A DNA stretch of 64,000 nucleotides from NCBI GenBank assembly GCA_902593475.1, contig CACJIM010000001.1, positions 18,531 through 82,530 of the forward strand, written 5' to 3'. Under the pieces are notes generated by a model. It ran no database searches, was not told where the DNA came from, and was given only the letters and a program-made list of their open reading frames with translations. Position 1 is the first letter of the stretch; every line of letters begins with the position of its first letter. The DNA is from an uncultured Candidatus Actinomarina sp. GTDB lineage: Bacteria; Actinomycetota; Acidimicrobiia; Actinomarinales; Actinomarinaceae. The translations under genes and the position numbers were made by a program. Positions 47,471 to 57,740 of the stretch are shown here, one piece after another.

Positions 47471-48298
47471 ATGTTCATTAATGAAAAAAACAAATCGCTA
47501 ATTGCATTATTTGTATCAGCATTATTTTTTGGTTCAACTTTTTTAATTGTAAAAAATTTACTTAGTATTTTTAGTCCAACTTTTGTTGTTTTTTTAAGAT
47601 ATTTAATCGCAGCATTCTTTTTTGCTGTAATTGGTGGTATACCTGAAAAAAGAACTTGGAAACCCGGTTTAATGATGGGATTATTTTTATGGCTAGGATA
47701 CATAACTCAAACACAAGGTTTGTTAACTACATCCACTATTAATTCGGGTGTTGTAACTGGATTTTATGTAGTACTTACACCTTTTTTATCTAAATTTATT
47801 AACAAAACAAACTTAGAAGCAAAAAATTACATATATTCATTCCTCGGATTCACTGGAATTGCCCTTATATCAATAAATGATATTTCACAAGTGTTTGGAA
47901 ACTTGTTTACCCTAATTTGTGCTGTAGCTTATGCAATGCACATAGTTCTTGTTGAAAGATATGTAAAGAATCAAAATATTTCACAACTAATGTTTGTTCA
48001 GTCATTAACAGGAGCTATTTTGTGTTTACCATTAATAACCTTTTCGGAGTTTGAATTTTTGTATGAAAATATATTTCCAATAGTATTTTTGGGATTAGTA
48101 GTTAATGTTGGAGCATTTTATTTACAACTGTACGGTCAAAAAATAATAAAAGCTTCAACTTCAGCATTGATATTAAGCATGGAAGCAATATTTGCTTTAT
48201 TAATTGGAATTTTGATAGCAAATGAGTATCTAAATATTTTGAATTGGTTTGGCGTACTTATGGTCTTATTATCAATCTTTTTAGTTGTTAAAGAATAG
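47471..48298 (+). CDS. EamA/DMT-family transporter.
   Basis: 10-TM profile with a duplicated EamA-like organisation. Confidence 0.7.
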   Translation: MFINEKNKSLIALFVSALFFGSTFLIVKNLLSIFSPTFVVFLRYLIAAFFFAVIGGIPEKRTWKPGLMMGLFLWLGYITQTQGLLTTSTINSGVVTGFYVVLTPFLSKFINKTNLEAKNYIYSFLGFTGIALISINDISQVFGNLFTLICAVAYAMHIVLVERYVKNQNISQLMFVQSLTGAILCLPLITFSEFEFLYENIFPIVFLGLVVNVGAFYLQLYGQKIIKASTSALILSMEAIFALLIGILIANEYLNILNWFGVLMVLLSIFLVVKE

Positions 48299-48551
48299 AT
48301 TTTTCTTTATTTAAAGAGTTAATAAATTTCATAATAATTCTTAATAAAAAAACTAGTACGAAAAATGATGCAATAAGAATAATTAATAACCTAGGACCTT
48401 CAGTTATAGGAATAACACAGTTGACAAGGTCATTACAAATTCCAAATCCATTTCCACCTCTGGAAATATCATAAATAATTAATAATGGGTAAGCCAAAAT
48501 AATTAATAAAGAAACAAGTATTAAAAAAACAATTATCCTTAATAAAAACAT
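48288..48551 (-). CDS. Small membrane protein, hypothetical.
   Basis: 87 aa with two or three hydrophobic helices. No motif recognised. Confidence 0.35.
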   Translation of the reverse strand: MFLLRIIVFLILVSLLIILAYPLLIIYDISRGGNGFGICNDLVNCVIPITEGPRLLIILIASFFVLVFLLRIIMKFINSLNKEKSIL

Positions 48552-48580
48552 ATTTTTTTTATTTTAATATAGTTACATAA

Positions 48581-49243
48581 ATGAAAGTTAAATTAGTAAG
48601 TTATTCTACGCCAACAGAAGAGTTTCTAAATGAAGGAATTGATAATGCTCAAGAATTGGTAGCTTTTTGTGCGCGAGTCTCAAACCCTTCAAATCAATTA
48701 AATACCGAAACAAGTGAAAAACTAATAAAGTATCTAATTAAAAACGCACATTGGTCTCCTCTTGAAATGGTCAGTGCATGTCTTGAAATAGAAACAACAA
48801 GAGACATTGCTAGGCAAATTTTAAGACATAGATCGTTTAGTTTCCAAGAATTTTCTCAAAGATATGCAAATCCTGTTAAAGATCTAGAATTTGTAACTAG
48901 AGAAGCTAGGCTTCAAGATCTAAAAAATAGACAAAACTCTATTGAAAATGATGACGAAGAAATTTCAAATATGTGGATTGAAAAACAGGAACATCTTATT
49001 AACAAAGCTAGAGAAACATATAATTGGGCAATTGAAAATGGAATTGCTAAAGAACAGGCACGTGCAGTCTTGCCTGAAGGAAATACTGTTAGCAGGATGT
49101 ATATGAATGGCACACTTAGAAGCTGGATACATTACATTGAATTAAGATCTGGGAATGGAACTCAAAAAGAACATATGGAAATAGCAGTTGCGTGTGCAGA
49201 GGTTATTACCAAAATTTTTCCTATGAGTAAAAATCTTGATTAA
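48581..49243 (+). CDS. thyX: Flavin-dependent thymidylate synthase.
   Basis: The ThyX signature RHRSFSFQEFSQRY (RHRxxSxxxxSxR). Confidence 0.92.
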   Translation: MKVKLVSYSTPTEEFLNEGIDNAQELVAFCARVSNPSNQLNTETSEKLIKYLIKNAHWSPLEMVSACLEIETTRDIARQILRHRSFSFQEFSQRYANPVKDLEFVTREARLQDLKNRQNSIENDDEEISNMWIEKQEHLINKARETYNWAIENGIAKEQARAVLPEGNTVSRMYMNGTLRSWIHYIELRSGNGTQKEHMEIAVACAEVITKIFPMSKNLD

Positions 49244-49449
49244 GAATCTAATTTATACTTGAATACTAAATAGTCTTCCTCAACAGTAAATTCTGAATCT
49301 GCAATTATCATATAATCCTGAAAATCAGTTTCAGCTTGTTTGATAAATGCCATGCGATCGTCTCCACCAACAGGTGGAATGGATCTGTTTTTTACAGCTT
49401 CTGCTCTTTCTTTATATCTGTTTATAAATTCTTCTATGTTAAAACTCAT
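49240..49449 (-). CDS. Hypothetical small soluble protein (69 aa).
   Basis: ORF packed tightly between dnaE and convergent thyX. No motif recognised. Confidence 0.4.
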   Translation of the reverse strand: MSFNIEEFINRYKERAEAVKNRSIPPVGGDDRMAFIKQAETDFQDYMIIADSEFTVEEDYLVFKYKLDS

Positions 49450-49465
49450 ATATTTATCATTTTAC

Positions 49466-52400
49466 TTAACTAGTAAGCAATGTGTTAATCTCATTTTTCA
49501 ATTGATTAGTTTTTTTAACTTTTATTTCTTTCAATTCAAGTAATTTAGTATTTTGTTCTCCATGAACCTCTAACTCAACATTTGAGAGACCCGGATATTT
49601 CTCAAGTAATTCTTTTAATAATATAAGATTTTTCTTATCTAATTTTTCCTCAGTTACAGATATTCTTAATGGTGAAGTGTCTAAATCTTCAACCATTTTT
49701 GATGGCTCTATTACTTCAATGTCTCTTGCTCGAATAGTGTTTTCAGAACCTCCAACATAGGTACCTGAAACCTTAAGATATATTTCTCCATCAATACTGC
49801 TATTGTATTTATCAACTAGCTTGTTAAAAATTAATACACCAGCTGAACCAGATGTATCTTGTAAATCAAATTGAATCCACGGGTTTCCCCTTCTTGATAC
49901 TCTTTTTTGCACATTGGAAATCAAACCAGCAATAACAACATTTATTTCCTCTTCCTCGTCAAGTGATTGTAACTCTAATATAGAGTGCGAAGATTCTGAT
50001 TTAAGCACTTCTCCATACCCATCTAGTGGATCTTCACTAACAAAAAAACCTAACATTTCTCTTTCTCTTTCTAGTTTTTCTTTCTTATTCCACTCAGTGT
50101 CTTTAATAGTTGTTAATTTATCTGATTGATCATCCAAATCAAATAATGAAGCTTGGTTATTTGCTATTTTATTTTTAAGATCTTTGGCGTCGTCAATTAA
50201 ATCAGGTATTGCATCAAACACACCTTTTCTTGAGTGTCCAAAAAAATCAAACCCTCCCCCTTGTGCTAAAGCTTCTATACCTCTTTTATTTAACGATCTT
50301 GAATCTATTCTTGATAAAAAATCTTCAATTGATTTATAGGATCCATTTTTATTTCTTTCTAAAACAATTTTTTCCGAAGTTATATCTCCTACATTTCTTA
50401 CAGCAGATAGCCCAAAGAGTATTTCATCATCATTAACAGTAAAATCTGACGAACTTCTATTTATATCTGGAGTAGACACTTTGACTCCCATGTCTCTAGC
50501 TTCAGAAAGAAATATTGCTGTCCTATCTTTATCCCTTTTTACCGCAGTCAATGAAGCAGCTATATACTCTGCAGGATAATTTGCTTTTAAGTAAGCAGTT
50601 TGATAAGCAAGTAGTGCATAAGGTACGGAATGGCTTTTATTAAATCCGTAACCAGCAAAATATGCTATTTGATCAAATAGCTCTATTGCGAATTGCTCAG
50701 AATATCCACTTTTTACAGATCCTTCAGTAAATTTTTTACGCTGCTCTTCCATAACTTGAGGAATTTTTTTGCCCATTGCTACCCTTAAATTGTCTGCTTC
50801 CTGTAAATTAAATCCTGCAATTTTTTCAGCAATCTGCATAACTTGTTCCTGATATAGAATCACGCCGTAAGTCTCACTTAAAACGTCCTCTAAGTCTGGA
50901 TGTAAATATTCAATTTCTTTCCGAGAGTTTGCACGATCAGTAAATTCATTATGCATTCCAGCACCTAGTGGTCCCGGCCTAATTAATGCAACTAAGGCAA
51001 CTATGTCTTCAAATCTCTTTGGATTTAAACTTCGGGAAACTGACTGAGCAACCCTGCTTTCTAGCTGAAACACTCCAGTCATTCTGCCTTCAGAAAATAA
51101 ATTGAAAGTTTTGTCATCTTGTAAATCTAAGTTATCAATGTCTAAATTTTTATCACCTATCAACTCTATGGTTCTATCTACAATTGATAAGTTTCTTAAA
51201 CCTAAAAAATCCATTTTTAAAAGACCTAATTGTTCAACTGTGTGCATTTCATACTGTGTAACTATTTCTGCATTTTCTCCTTTTCTTTGTATTGGTAGAA
51301 AATTAGTTATTTTGTCAGGTGATATCACAATCGCTGCTGCATGTATCCCATCTTGACGCCTCAAGCCTTCGAGACCAAGTGCTATATCAATTATTCTTTT
51401 GACTTCTTCATCAGCAGAATATTGTTTTCTTAATTCTTCTGAAGCGGAATAAAACTCTTTGCTATAACCACTTTCATTATTTTCATCTAGATTTAAACAT
51501 TCAGATATAGTGGCAGTGTTTCCAAGAATCATAGGTGGCATCAATTTTGCTACTTTATCACCACTGGAAAATGGCAGACCTAAAACTCTTGCTGCATCTC
51601 TTATTGCCTGTTTTGCTTTTATAGTTGCAAATGTGACTATATGTGCAACTCTATCTTGGCCATATTTGTCAATAGCATACTGAATAACATCTCCACGATA
51701 TCTTTCATCAAAATCCATATCAATATCAGGAAGTGATTTCCTTCCCTTATTTAAAAACCTTTCAAAAATTAATCCATATTTTAAGGGTTCTATTCCAGTA
51801 ATACCTAGGCAATAGGAAACTATGGAACCAGCAGCTGAACCTCTTCCAGCACCAGTTCTAATGTTTTTAGACTTTGCAAATTCAATTAAGTCACCAACAA
51901 TTAAAAAATATGAAGCAAACCCCATAGAGTTAATTACTTCAAGTTCATAGTCGATTCTTTGAAGTACCTCTTTGTTTACGTCTTCATATTTCTCTTCTGC
52001 CCCAATTAATACTTTCTTTTTTAAATATTCTTCAACGCTTATGGAATCATCATCGACTGGAAAATCAGGAAGATAATCTTGATCAAAATCAAATTCATAG
52101 TGAACTCTTTCAGCAATTTTTAGAGTATTATTGCAAGCATCAGGAAATCTATCATCTGGAAATAGCATCCGCATCTCTTCGGATGACTTTACATAAAACT
52201 CTTCACCTTCAAACTTAAATCTATTTTCATCCTCCATAGTTGCATTTGTTTGAACACAGAGTAAAGCATCGTGGGCTGAAGAATCAGCTTTCGCAACGTA
52301 ATGTGAATCATTAGCTGCAACAAGAGGTGCTTTTAACTCTTCAGATATTTTTACCAAGTCATCTAAAATTTCCATTTGTTGTGGAATGCCATGATTATGC

Positions 52401-52963
52401 AACTCTATAAAAAAATTGTCTTTGCCAAATATGTCCTGATAATTTTTTGCTTTTTCTAAAGCTTTTTCAAAACTTTTTTCATTTGCAGTATTGCCTTCTT
52501 CTCTGGAACCATCTGGTGCTAAATGTTGAGCTACTTCACCTCCAAGACATCCTGATAATGCAATAATTCCCTCAGAGTGTTCTCTTAATAATTCATAATC
52601 GACACGTGGTTTATAATAAAAACCTTCAAGATAAGCTTTGCTAACTAGTTCAACTAAATTTTGGTAACCAATATTGTTTTCAGCCAAGAGAGTAAGATGA
52701 TATCTTTTATTTTTTTCTCTTTCTGGCCTGTCAAACCTTGAACCTGGAGTTATATAAGCTTCGTAACCTATAATTGGTTTTATATTTTGTAACTCAGCTT
52801 GACGTACAAATTCTAAAGCACCATAAAGATTTCCGTGGTCAGTTATTGCAGCAGCTGGTTGATTTAACTCTTTTACTTTCTTAAGGTAATCATTTATCTT
52901 TGCTGCGCCATCAAGCATTGAATACTCAGTATGCGCATGAAGATGTACAAAAGATTTACTCAT
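49466..52963 (-). CDS. dnaE: DNA polymerase III alpha subunit.
   Basis: PHP domain FVHLHAHTEYSMLDGA, the polymerase core (GLLKMDFLGLRNL), and a C-terminal OB domain. Confidence 0.96.
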   Translation of the reverse strand: MSKSFVHLHAHTEYSMLDGAAKINDYLKKVKELNQPAAAITDHGNLYGALEFVRQAELQNIKPIIGYEAYITPGSRFDRPEREKNKRYHLTLLAENNIGYQNLVELVSKAYLEGFYYKPRVDYELLREHSEGIIALSGCLGGEVAQHLAPDGSREEGNTANEKSFEKALEKAKNYQDIFGKDNFFIELHNHGIPQQMEILDDLVKISEELKAPLVAANDSHYVAKADSSAHDALLCVQTNATMEDENRFKFEGEEFYVKSSEEMRMLFPDDRFPDACNNTLKIAERVHYEFDFDQDYLPDFPVDDDSISVEEYLKKKVLIGAEEKYEDVNKEVLQRIDYELEVINSMGFASYFLIVGDLIEFAKSKNIRTGAGRGSAAGSIVSYCLGITGIEPLKYGLIFERFLNKGRKSLPDIDMDFDERYRGDVIQYAIDKYGQDRVAHIVTFATIKAKQAIRDAARVLGLPFSSGDKVAKLMPPMILGNTATISECLNLDENNESGYSKEFYSASEELRKQYSADEEVKRIIDIALGLEGLRRQDGIHAAAIVISPDKITNFLPIQRKGENAEIVTQYEMHTVEQLGLLKMDFLGLRNLSIVDRTIELIGDKNLDIDNLDLQDDKTFNLFSEGRMTGVFQLESRVAQSVSRSLNPKRFEDIVALVALIRPGPLGAGMHNEFTDRANSRKEIEYLHPDLEDVLSETYGVILYQEQVMQIAEKIAGFNLQEADNLRVAMGKKIPQVMEEQRKKFTEGSVKSGYSEQFAIELFDQIAYFAGYGFNKSHSVPYALLAYQTAYLKANYPAEYIAASLTAVKRDKDRTAIFLSEARDMGVKVSTPDINRSSSDFTVNDDEILFGLSAVRNVGDITSEKIVLERNKNGSYKSIEDFLSRIDSRSLNKRGIEALAQGGGFDFFGHSRKGVFDAIPDLIDDAKDLKNKIANNQASLFDLDDQSDKLTTIKDTEWNKKEKLEREREMLGFFVSEDPLDGYGEVLKSESSHSILELQSLDEEEEINVVIAGLISNVQKRVSRRGNPWIQFDLQDTSGSAGVLIFNKLVDKYNSSIDGEIYLKVSGTYVGGSENTIRARDIEVIEPSKMVEDLDTSPLRISVTEEKLDKKNLILLKELLEKYPGLSNVELEVHGEQNTKLLELKEIKVKKTNQLKNEINTLLTS

Positions 52964-52991
52964 AGACCAATTGTAAAGTTTTTTTAAAAAA

Positions 52992-53624
52992 TTACATGTT
53001 CATTATCGAAGTAAAATAATCTGGTTCATTAATTGAAAATTTATAATCTTTTTCAAACAATTTGAATTCAATATTGTAAGACTGCAAACAAATTGTTTTT
53101 TGATTTAATTCATTTACTTTTTTTGCACCATAGAGAGTGTCGTTTACTATTGGTGTCTTTAAATACTCAAAATGAGCTCTAATTTGATGATTTCTACCAG
53201 TGATTAAATCAATTTCTAGCAAGGAATAGGAATCAGTTTTTAAGATAGTTTTGTATTTAGTTATAGCTTCTCTTCCATTCTTGCCAACTTCTCTCTTTTT
53301 TCTGTTATTTTGAGAATGTATTAGCGGGAGATTAATTTCACCAGTTTTACTCTTTAAGGAACCTTCCACAATTGCTCTATACTTTTTTTTAATTTTTCTT
53401 TTTTTAAAATCTTCTTGAAGTTGATTGAAAGCTTCATTATTAATAGGACAAACTATAAGTCCAGATGTAACCCTATCTAGTCGATGTACAATGCCCTCTC
53501 TTTTATACTCTCCTACTTTACTAATATTGAAATTTTCAATCAGAAAATCTCTGAGAGTATATTCATCTGAAGTGTCTGTTGGATGTACCAATAAACCATG
53601 AGGCTTGTTTAAAATAACAAACAA
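52992..53624 (-). CDS. rluD: RluA/RluD-family pseudouridine synthase lacking the S4 domain.
   Basis: HRLDRVTSGLIV catalytic motif, NKPHGLLVHP, and GRNHQIRAH. TTG start in the track, and the conserved block continues upstream (see findings). Synteny lspA-rluD. Confidence 0.8.
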   Translation of the reverse strand: MFVILNKPHGLLVHPTDTSDEYTLRDFLIENFNISKVGEYKREGIVHRLDRVTSGLIVCPINNEAFNQLQEDFKKRKIKKKYRAIVEGSLKSKTGEINLPLIHSQNNRKKREVGKNGREAITKYKTILKTDSYSLLEIDLITGRNHQIRAHFEYLKTPIVNDTLYGAKKVNELNQKTICLQSYNIEFKLFEKDYKFSINEPDYFTSIMNM

Positions 53625-53649
53625 ATCGTTTTCAAAAACTATTTCAGTA

Positions 53650-54120
53650 TTAATCTTTTTTTATCTCCGAATAAAGTAGCAACACAATACCAATTGATAT
53701 ATATGTATCAGCAAGATTAAAGCTCGGAATAAATAATAATTCTACAAAATCTGTTACTTTACCATCATTGTTTGTAATTAAATTCCAACCTCTCTCTCCT
53801 AAATTCCCAACCGCTCCAGATAATATAAGTACTAAAGAATATAGTTCCAAACTTCGTTCACGAATATCTTTGATTTGTACAATTAGCCAAATAAATACAA
53901 ATAATGACAATATATATGTAAAAATTGTGTAATCACTGAATAAACCGAATGCAATTCCTGTATTATATGTCAAATCGATTGTGAGTATTCCTTCAAAAAC
54001 AACATACTCTTGAATGTTATTATCCCTGATTAAAAACTTGGTTACAAGATCCAATAAAGCTAGGAGTATTGCAAGATAGAATGGTATGTATTTGTTTTTA
54101 AGCTTCAAGTGCTTCTGCAC
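53650..54120 (-). CDS. lspA: Lipoprotein signal peptidase II.
   Basis: LLDLVTKFLI, NTGIAFGLF, and FNLAD motifs. The track start (54201) would overlap the upstream gene by 104 nt. In-frame GTG 54120 or TTG 54108 is more plausible. Confidence 0.8.
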   Translation of the reverse strand: MQKHLKLKNKYIPFYLAILLALLDLVTKFLIRDNNIQEYVVFEGILTIDLTYNTGIAFGLFSDYTIFTYILSLFVFIWLIVQIKDIRERSLELYSLVLILSGAVGNLGERGWNLITNNDGKVTDFVELLFIPSFNLADTYISIGIVLLLYSEIKKD

Positions 54121-54508
54121 ACTCTTTACGTAAAGTCGCGTAAGGAAGAGCCTCAAGTCTTGCAACAGGGATAGGTTCGCCACAATTCTCGCAATTTCCA
54201 TACTTTTTCTTCTTAATTAGAACAAGAGCATGTTCAATTTGATTTAATAAATGTCTTGTATTTTCATCAAGTGTTAATTCTTTTTCTAACTCAAAAGCCA
54301 TTGACCCTCCGTCAGCGGAAGTTGGATCAGGGCTTCTTTCTGCTGAAGCTTCAGAAAGTCTTACTTTTTCTCTTTCCTGTTGGTGCTGTTCTAAAATAGC
54401 TAATAATTGGTCTCTTTCATCCTCAAGCCTTTTTTTAAATTTTTTAATTGTATTGGGTGATAATTGTCTTGCCATTTTATTTTCTATTAATGAATGTATA
54501 TTAGCCAT
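54098..54508 (-). CDS. DksA/TraR-family zinc-finger protein.
   Basis: Coiled-coil N-terminus and C-terminal CENCGEPIPVARLEALPYATLRKEC. Position upstream of lspA. Confidence 0.7.
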   Translation of the reverse strand: MANIHSLIENKMARQLSPNTIKKFKKRLEDERDQLLAILEQHQQEREKVRLSEASAERSPDPTSADGGSMAFELEKELTLDENTRHLLNQIEHALVLIKKKKYGNCENCGEPIPVARLEALPYATLRKECAEALEA

Positions 54509-54596
54509 TTTTTAAAAAAAATATAGAAATTTATTATTATTTAAAACTTTATTAATTACCACAAATTGCACTAAAAACCCTATAAAATCTAATGAT

Positions 54597-57500
54597 ATGT
54601 TTAAAAGGGTTGAAAACAACATAAATTTAGCTCAAGTAGAGAACGAAATCTCAAACTATTGGGATGAAATCGATGCATTTCAAACATCTTTAAATAATAG
54701 AAAAAATGACAAAATTTTTAGATTTTATGATGGCCCACCATTTCCAACTGGAAGTCCACATTATGGAAATTTATTAGCTGGGGTAATAAAAGATATTGTC
54801 CCCAGATACTGGACGATGCGAGGTTATTACGTTGAAAGACGCTTTGGTTGGGACGTCCATGGATTACCAATTGAAATGGAGGTTCAGAAAAATCTTAATT
54901 TAGAAGATCCTCAACAAATTGATGAATATGGAATTGGTAAATTTAATGAAGCTTGTAGAACTCAGGTGCAGACTAACACTGAAAACTGGGAAAAAATTAC
55001 GAGAAAAATTGGTAGGTGGGTTGATTTTGAAAATGACTATAAAACAATGGATATCGATTTTATGGAAAGTGTCTGGTGGGTTTTTAAAGAACTATGGGAA
55101 AAAGACTTAATATATCAGGACTATAAAGTTTTACCTTACTCATGGGCTGCTTCTACCCCATTATCTAATTTTGAAGCAAATATGGATTATAGAGATGTTG
55201 AAGATCCATCAATATATTTTACTCTAAATGCAAGAGAAGATTTCAATAGTATAAAAAAGGGTGATAAATTTTTGGTTTGGACTACAACACCATGGTGCAT
55301 TCCAGGCAATCTAGCAATTGCTATTGGTAAAGATATCGAATACTCCCGTGTCAGTATGAATGATGAGTTTTATTGGATTGCAACACAAAGGCTTCAGGAG
55401 TTAGATGAGTTTGAAGTAGAAATTATTTCATCATGTAATGGAAGCGAACTTATTGGTTCATCATATATTCCAGCATATAATGAATACGAAAATCTATATT
55501 CTGATGGTGCATTTAGATTAATTCATAGTGATGATACAAACACTGATTCTGGGTCTGGCTTAGTTTCTCAAGCCCCTGCTTACGGAGAAAGTGATTTTTA
55601 TGCACTTAAAAATTCTGGAATAGATGTAATAGCAGACCCAGTCACTCTCTCTGGTAAATTTGACGATACATTTAAAGAGTTAGAAGGCTTAAATGTAAAA
55701 GATGCTGATTCAGTAATTATGACCCAATTAAATGAACGGGGTAATCTATTTAGTCAAAAAACTGAGATGCATTCTTATCCTTTTTGCTGGAGAACAGGTA
55801 CACCACTTATCTACAAAGCTATTCCTACCTGGTTTGTTAATGTTGAAAAAATTCGCGAGAGAATGGTTGAGCTTAATAAAGAAACTCACTGGGTACCGGG
55901 GTTTATTGGAGAAAAGAGATTCTCCAACTGGTTAGGAAATGCTAGAGATTGGGCAATAAGTAGAAACAGGTACTGGGGAAGTTGTATTCCAGTCTGGATA
56001 AATGTAGATGACCCTGACGATAAATTATGTATAGGTTCGGTTGAAGAACTAAAAAACTTAACTGGTAAAGAAATTACTGACTTGCATCGTCATTATTTGG
56101 ATGACTTAATTATTGAAAAAGAAGGAAAGACATATAAGAGAACTTCTGAAGTATTAGATTGTTGGTTTGAATCAGGTGCGATGCCATATGGCCAACAACA
56201 CTACCCTTTTGAGAATGAGGAACTTTTCAAGCAAGGGTTTCCAGCTGATTTTATTGCCGAAGGTCTAGATCAAACAAGAGGCTGGTTCTATACACTTACT
56301 GTTCTTGCAGTAGCATTATTTGACTCTGTAGCGTTTAAGAACTGTATTACTACTGGAATGATATTAGCTGAAGATGGCAGAAAAATGAGTAAAAGTTTAA
56401 AGAACTATCCAGATCCTGAAGAACTATTAAATGAATATGGGGGTGATAGTTTAAGAGCCTACTTGATCGACTCACCTGTAGTTAGAGGGGAGCCACTAAA
56501 ATTCTCTGAAGAGGGAGTAAAGTTAGTTACTAGAAATATCATACTCCCACTTTGGAACAGCTATTCATTTTTTTCAACTTATGCAAATGCTGATGAAATT
56601 ACAAATGAAGATTTAATGAAAGCATTGCCGGTTGAAGAAAGAAGCCTGATGGATAGATGGATAATTTCGTCATTACAGTCCTTAATTAAAACTGTAAATG
56701 AAAAGATGGAAAATTATTATCTATATGAAGTAATCCCTCCACTTATGAACTTCGTTGATGAGCTAACAAATTGGTATGTTCGTTCTAATAGAAAAAGATT
56801 TTGGAAAGAAAAAGGTATTGATGATATTGATAAAATAAATGCGTTCAGAACTTTACATGAAGTACTACTTGAATTTAATAAAGCTATGGCACCTGTTCTC
56901 CCATTTATTTGTGAAAAAATATATCAGGGTTTAATAGATGATGAAAAAACGAGTATACATTATTGTGATTATCCTGAATCAAATCCTAATTTGATTGATA
57001 AAGATTTAGAAGAAAGTGTTGAGCTTGCTAAGAAAATTATTAAAAGTGTTAGAAATTTAAGAGTCAAATTAAAGCTTCCGAATAAACAGCCTTTAAACTC
57101 TGTGACTGTCATTTCAAATAGTAAAAATATAAGTACTCAATTAAACATTATTGGCAACCTAATAATGAATGAGGTTAATGTAAAAGAAATTAAAATTGAT
57201 GAAAATGTTGAAGATTGGATTGATTACGAATTTAAACCAAATTTTGAAGCTCTTGGGCCAACTTTGGGTAAAGACATAAATAAAGTATCAAAATATCTTT
57301 CTAATATTACCGAAGATCAAAAAAGATCTTTACTGGTTCAAAAATCTATTGTGATAGATAATTTGAATGTAAATGTTGAAGATATTGATATTAAGTTAAA
57401 GAAAAAGAAAGATATTGAGGAATTAGATATAGTTGAGAATTTTAGTTTATTACTAGATACTGAACTAAATGAGTCTTTACTAATGGAAAGGCTCTCACGT

Positions 57501-57740
57501 GAGCTAGTTTCATATATCCAAAAAGAAAGAAAAAATCAAGGACTTGATGTTACAGACAGAATAAAGTTAACTATTTCATCTGAAGACGAGTTTGTTCACG
57601 AAACTATAACTAATTTTTCAAAATATATTACAAATGAAACACTTACTTTGGACTTGATTACTAATAAAGAGTCTTCCGTGAACAAAGTTTATGATAGATT
57701 TTTAGATATTTTTATAGAAAGATCAACAAACAACTCTTAA
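54597..57740 (+). CDS. ileS: Isoleucine-tRNA ligase (type 2, long form).
   Basis: HIGH-type motif PHYGNLLAG, KMSKS, editing-domain insert. 1047 aa. Confidence 0.96.
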   Translation: MFKRVENNINLAQVENEISNYWDEIDAFQTSLNNRKNDKIFRFYDGPPFPTGSPHYGNLLAGVIKDIVPRYWTMRGYYVERRFGWDVHGLPIEMEVQKNLNLEDPQQIDEYGIGKFNEACRTQVQTNTENWEKITRKIGRWVDFENDYKTMDIDFMESVWWVFKELWEKDLIYQDYKVLPYSWAASTPLSNFEANMDYRDVEDPSIYFTLNAREDFNSIKKGDKFLVWTTTPWCIPGNLAIAIGKDIEYSRVSMNDEFYWIATQRLQELDEFEVEIISSCNGSELIGSSYIPAYNEYENLYSDGAFRLIHSDDTNTDSGSGLVSQAPAYGESDFYALKNSGIDVIADPVTLSGKFDDTFKELEGLNVKDADSVIMTQLNERGNLFSQKTEMHSYPFCWRTGTPLIYKAIPTWFVNVEKIRERMVELNKETHWVPGFIGEKRFSNWLGNARDWAISRNRYWGSCIPVWINVDDPDDKLCIGSVEELKNLTGKEITDLHRHYLDDLIIEKEGKTYKRTSEVLDCWFESGAMPYGQQHYPFENEELFKQGFPADFIAEGLDQTRGWFYTLTVLAVALFDSVAFKNCITTGMILAEDGRKMSKSLKNYPDPEELLNEYGGDSLRAYLIDSPVVRGEPLKFSEEGVKLVTRNIILPLWNSYSFFSTYANADEITNEDLMKALPVEERSLMDRWIISSLQSLIKTVNEKMENYYLYEVIPPLMNFVDELTNWYVRSNRKRFWKEKGIDDIDKINAFRTLHEVLLEFNKAMAPVLPFICEKIYQGLIDDEKTSIHYCDYPESNPNLIDKDLEESVELAKKIIKSVRNLRVKLKLPNKQPLNSVTVISNSKNISTQLNIIGNLIMNEVNVKEIKIDENVEDWIDYEFKPNFEALGPTLGKDINKVSKYLSNITEDQKRSLLVQKSIVIDNLNVNVEDIDIKLKKKKDIEELDIVENFSLLLDTELNESLLMERLSRELVSYIQKERKNQGLDVTDRIKLTISSEDEFVHETITNFSKYITNETLTLDLITNKESSVNKVYDRFLDIFIERSTNNS

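Noticed and set aside
54509-54596. Looked for the T-box leader that controls ileS in many actinobacteria.
   Set aside because: The spacer is only 88 nt and almost pure A/T. It has no specifier-loop or T-box (…GGUGGUACCGCG-like) sequence and no room for Stem I plus an antiterminator or sequestrator. A T-box is not supported here.
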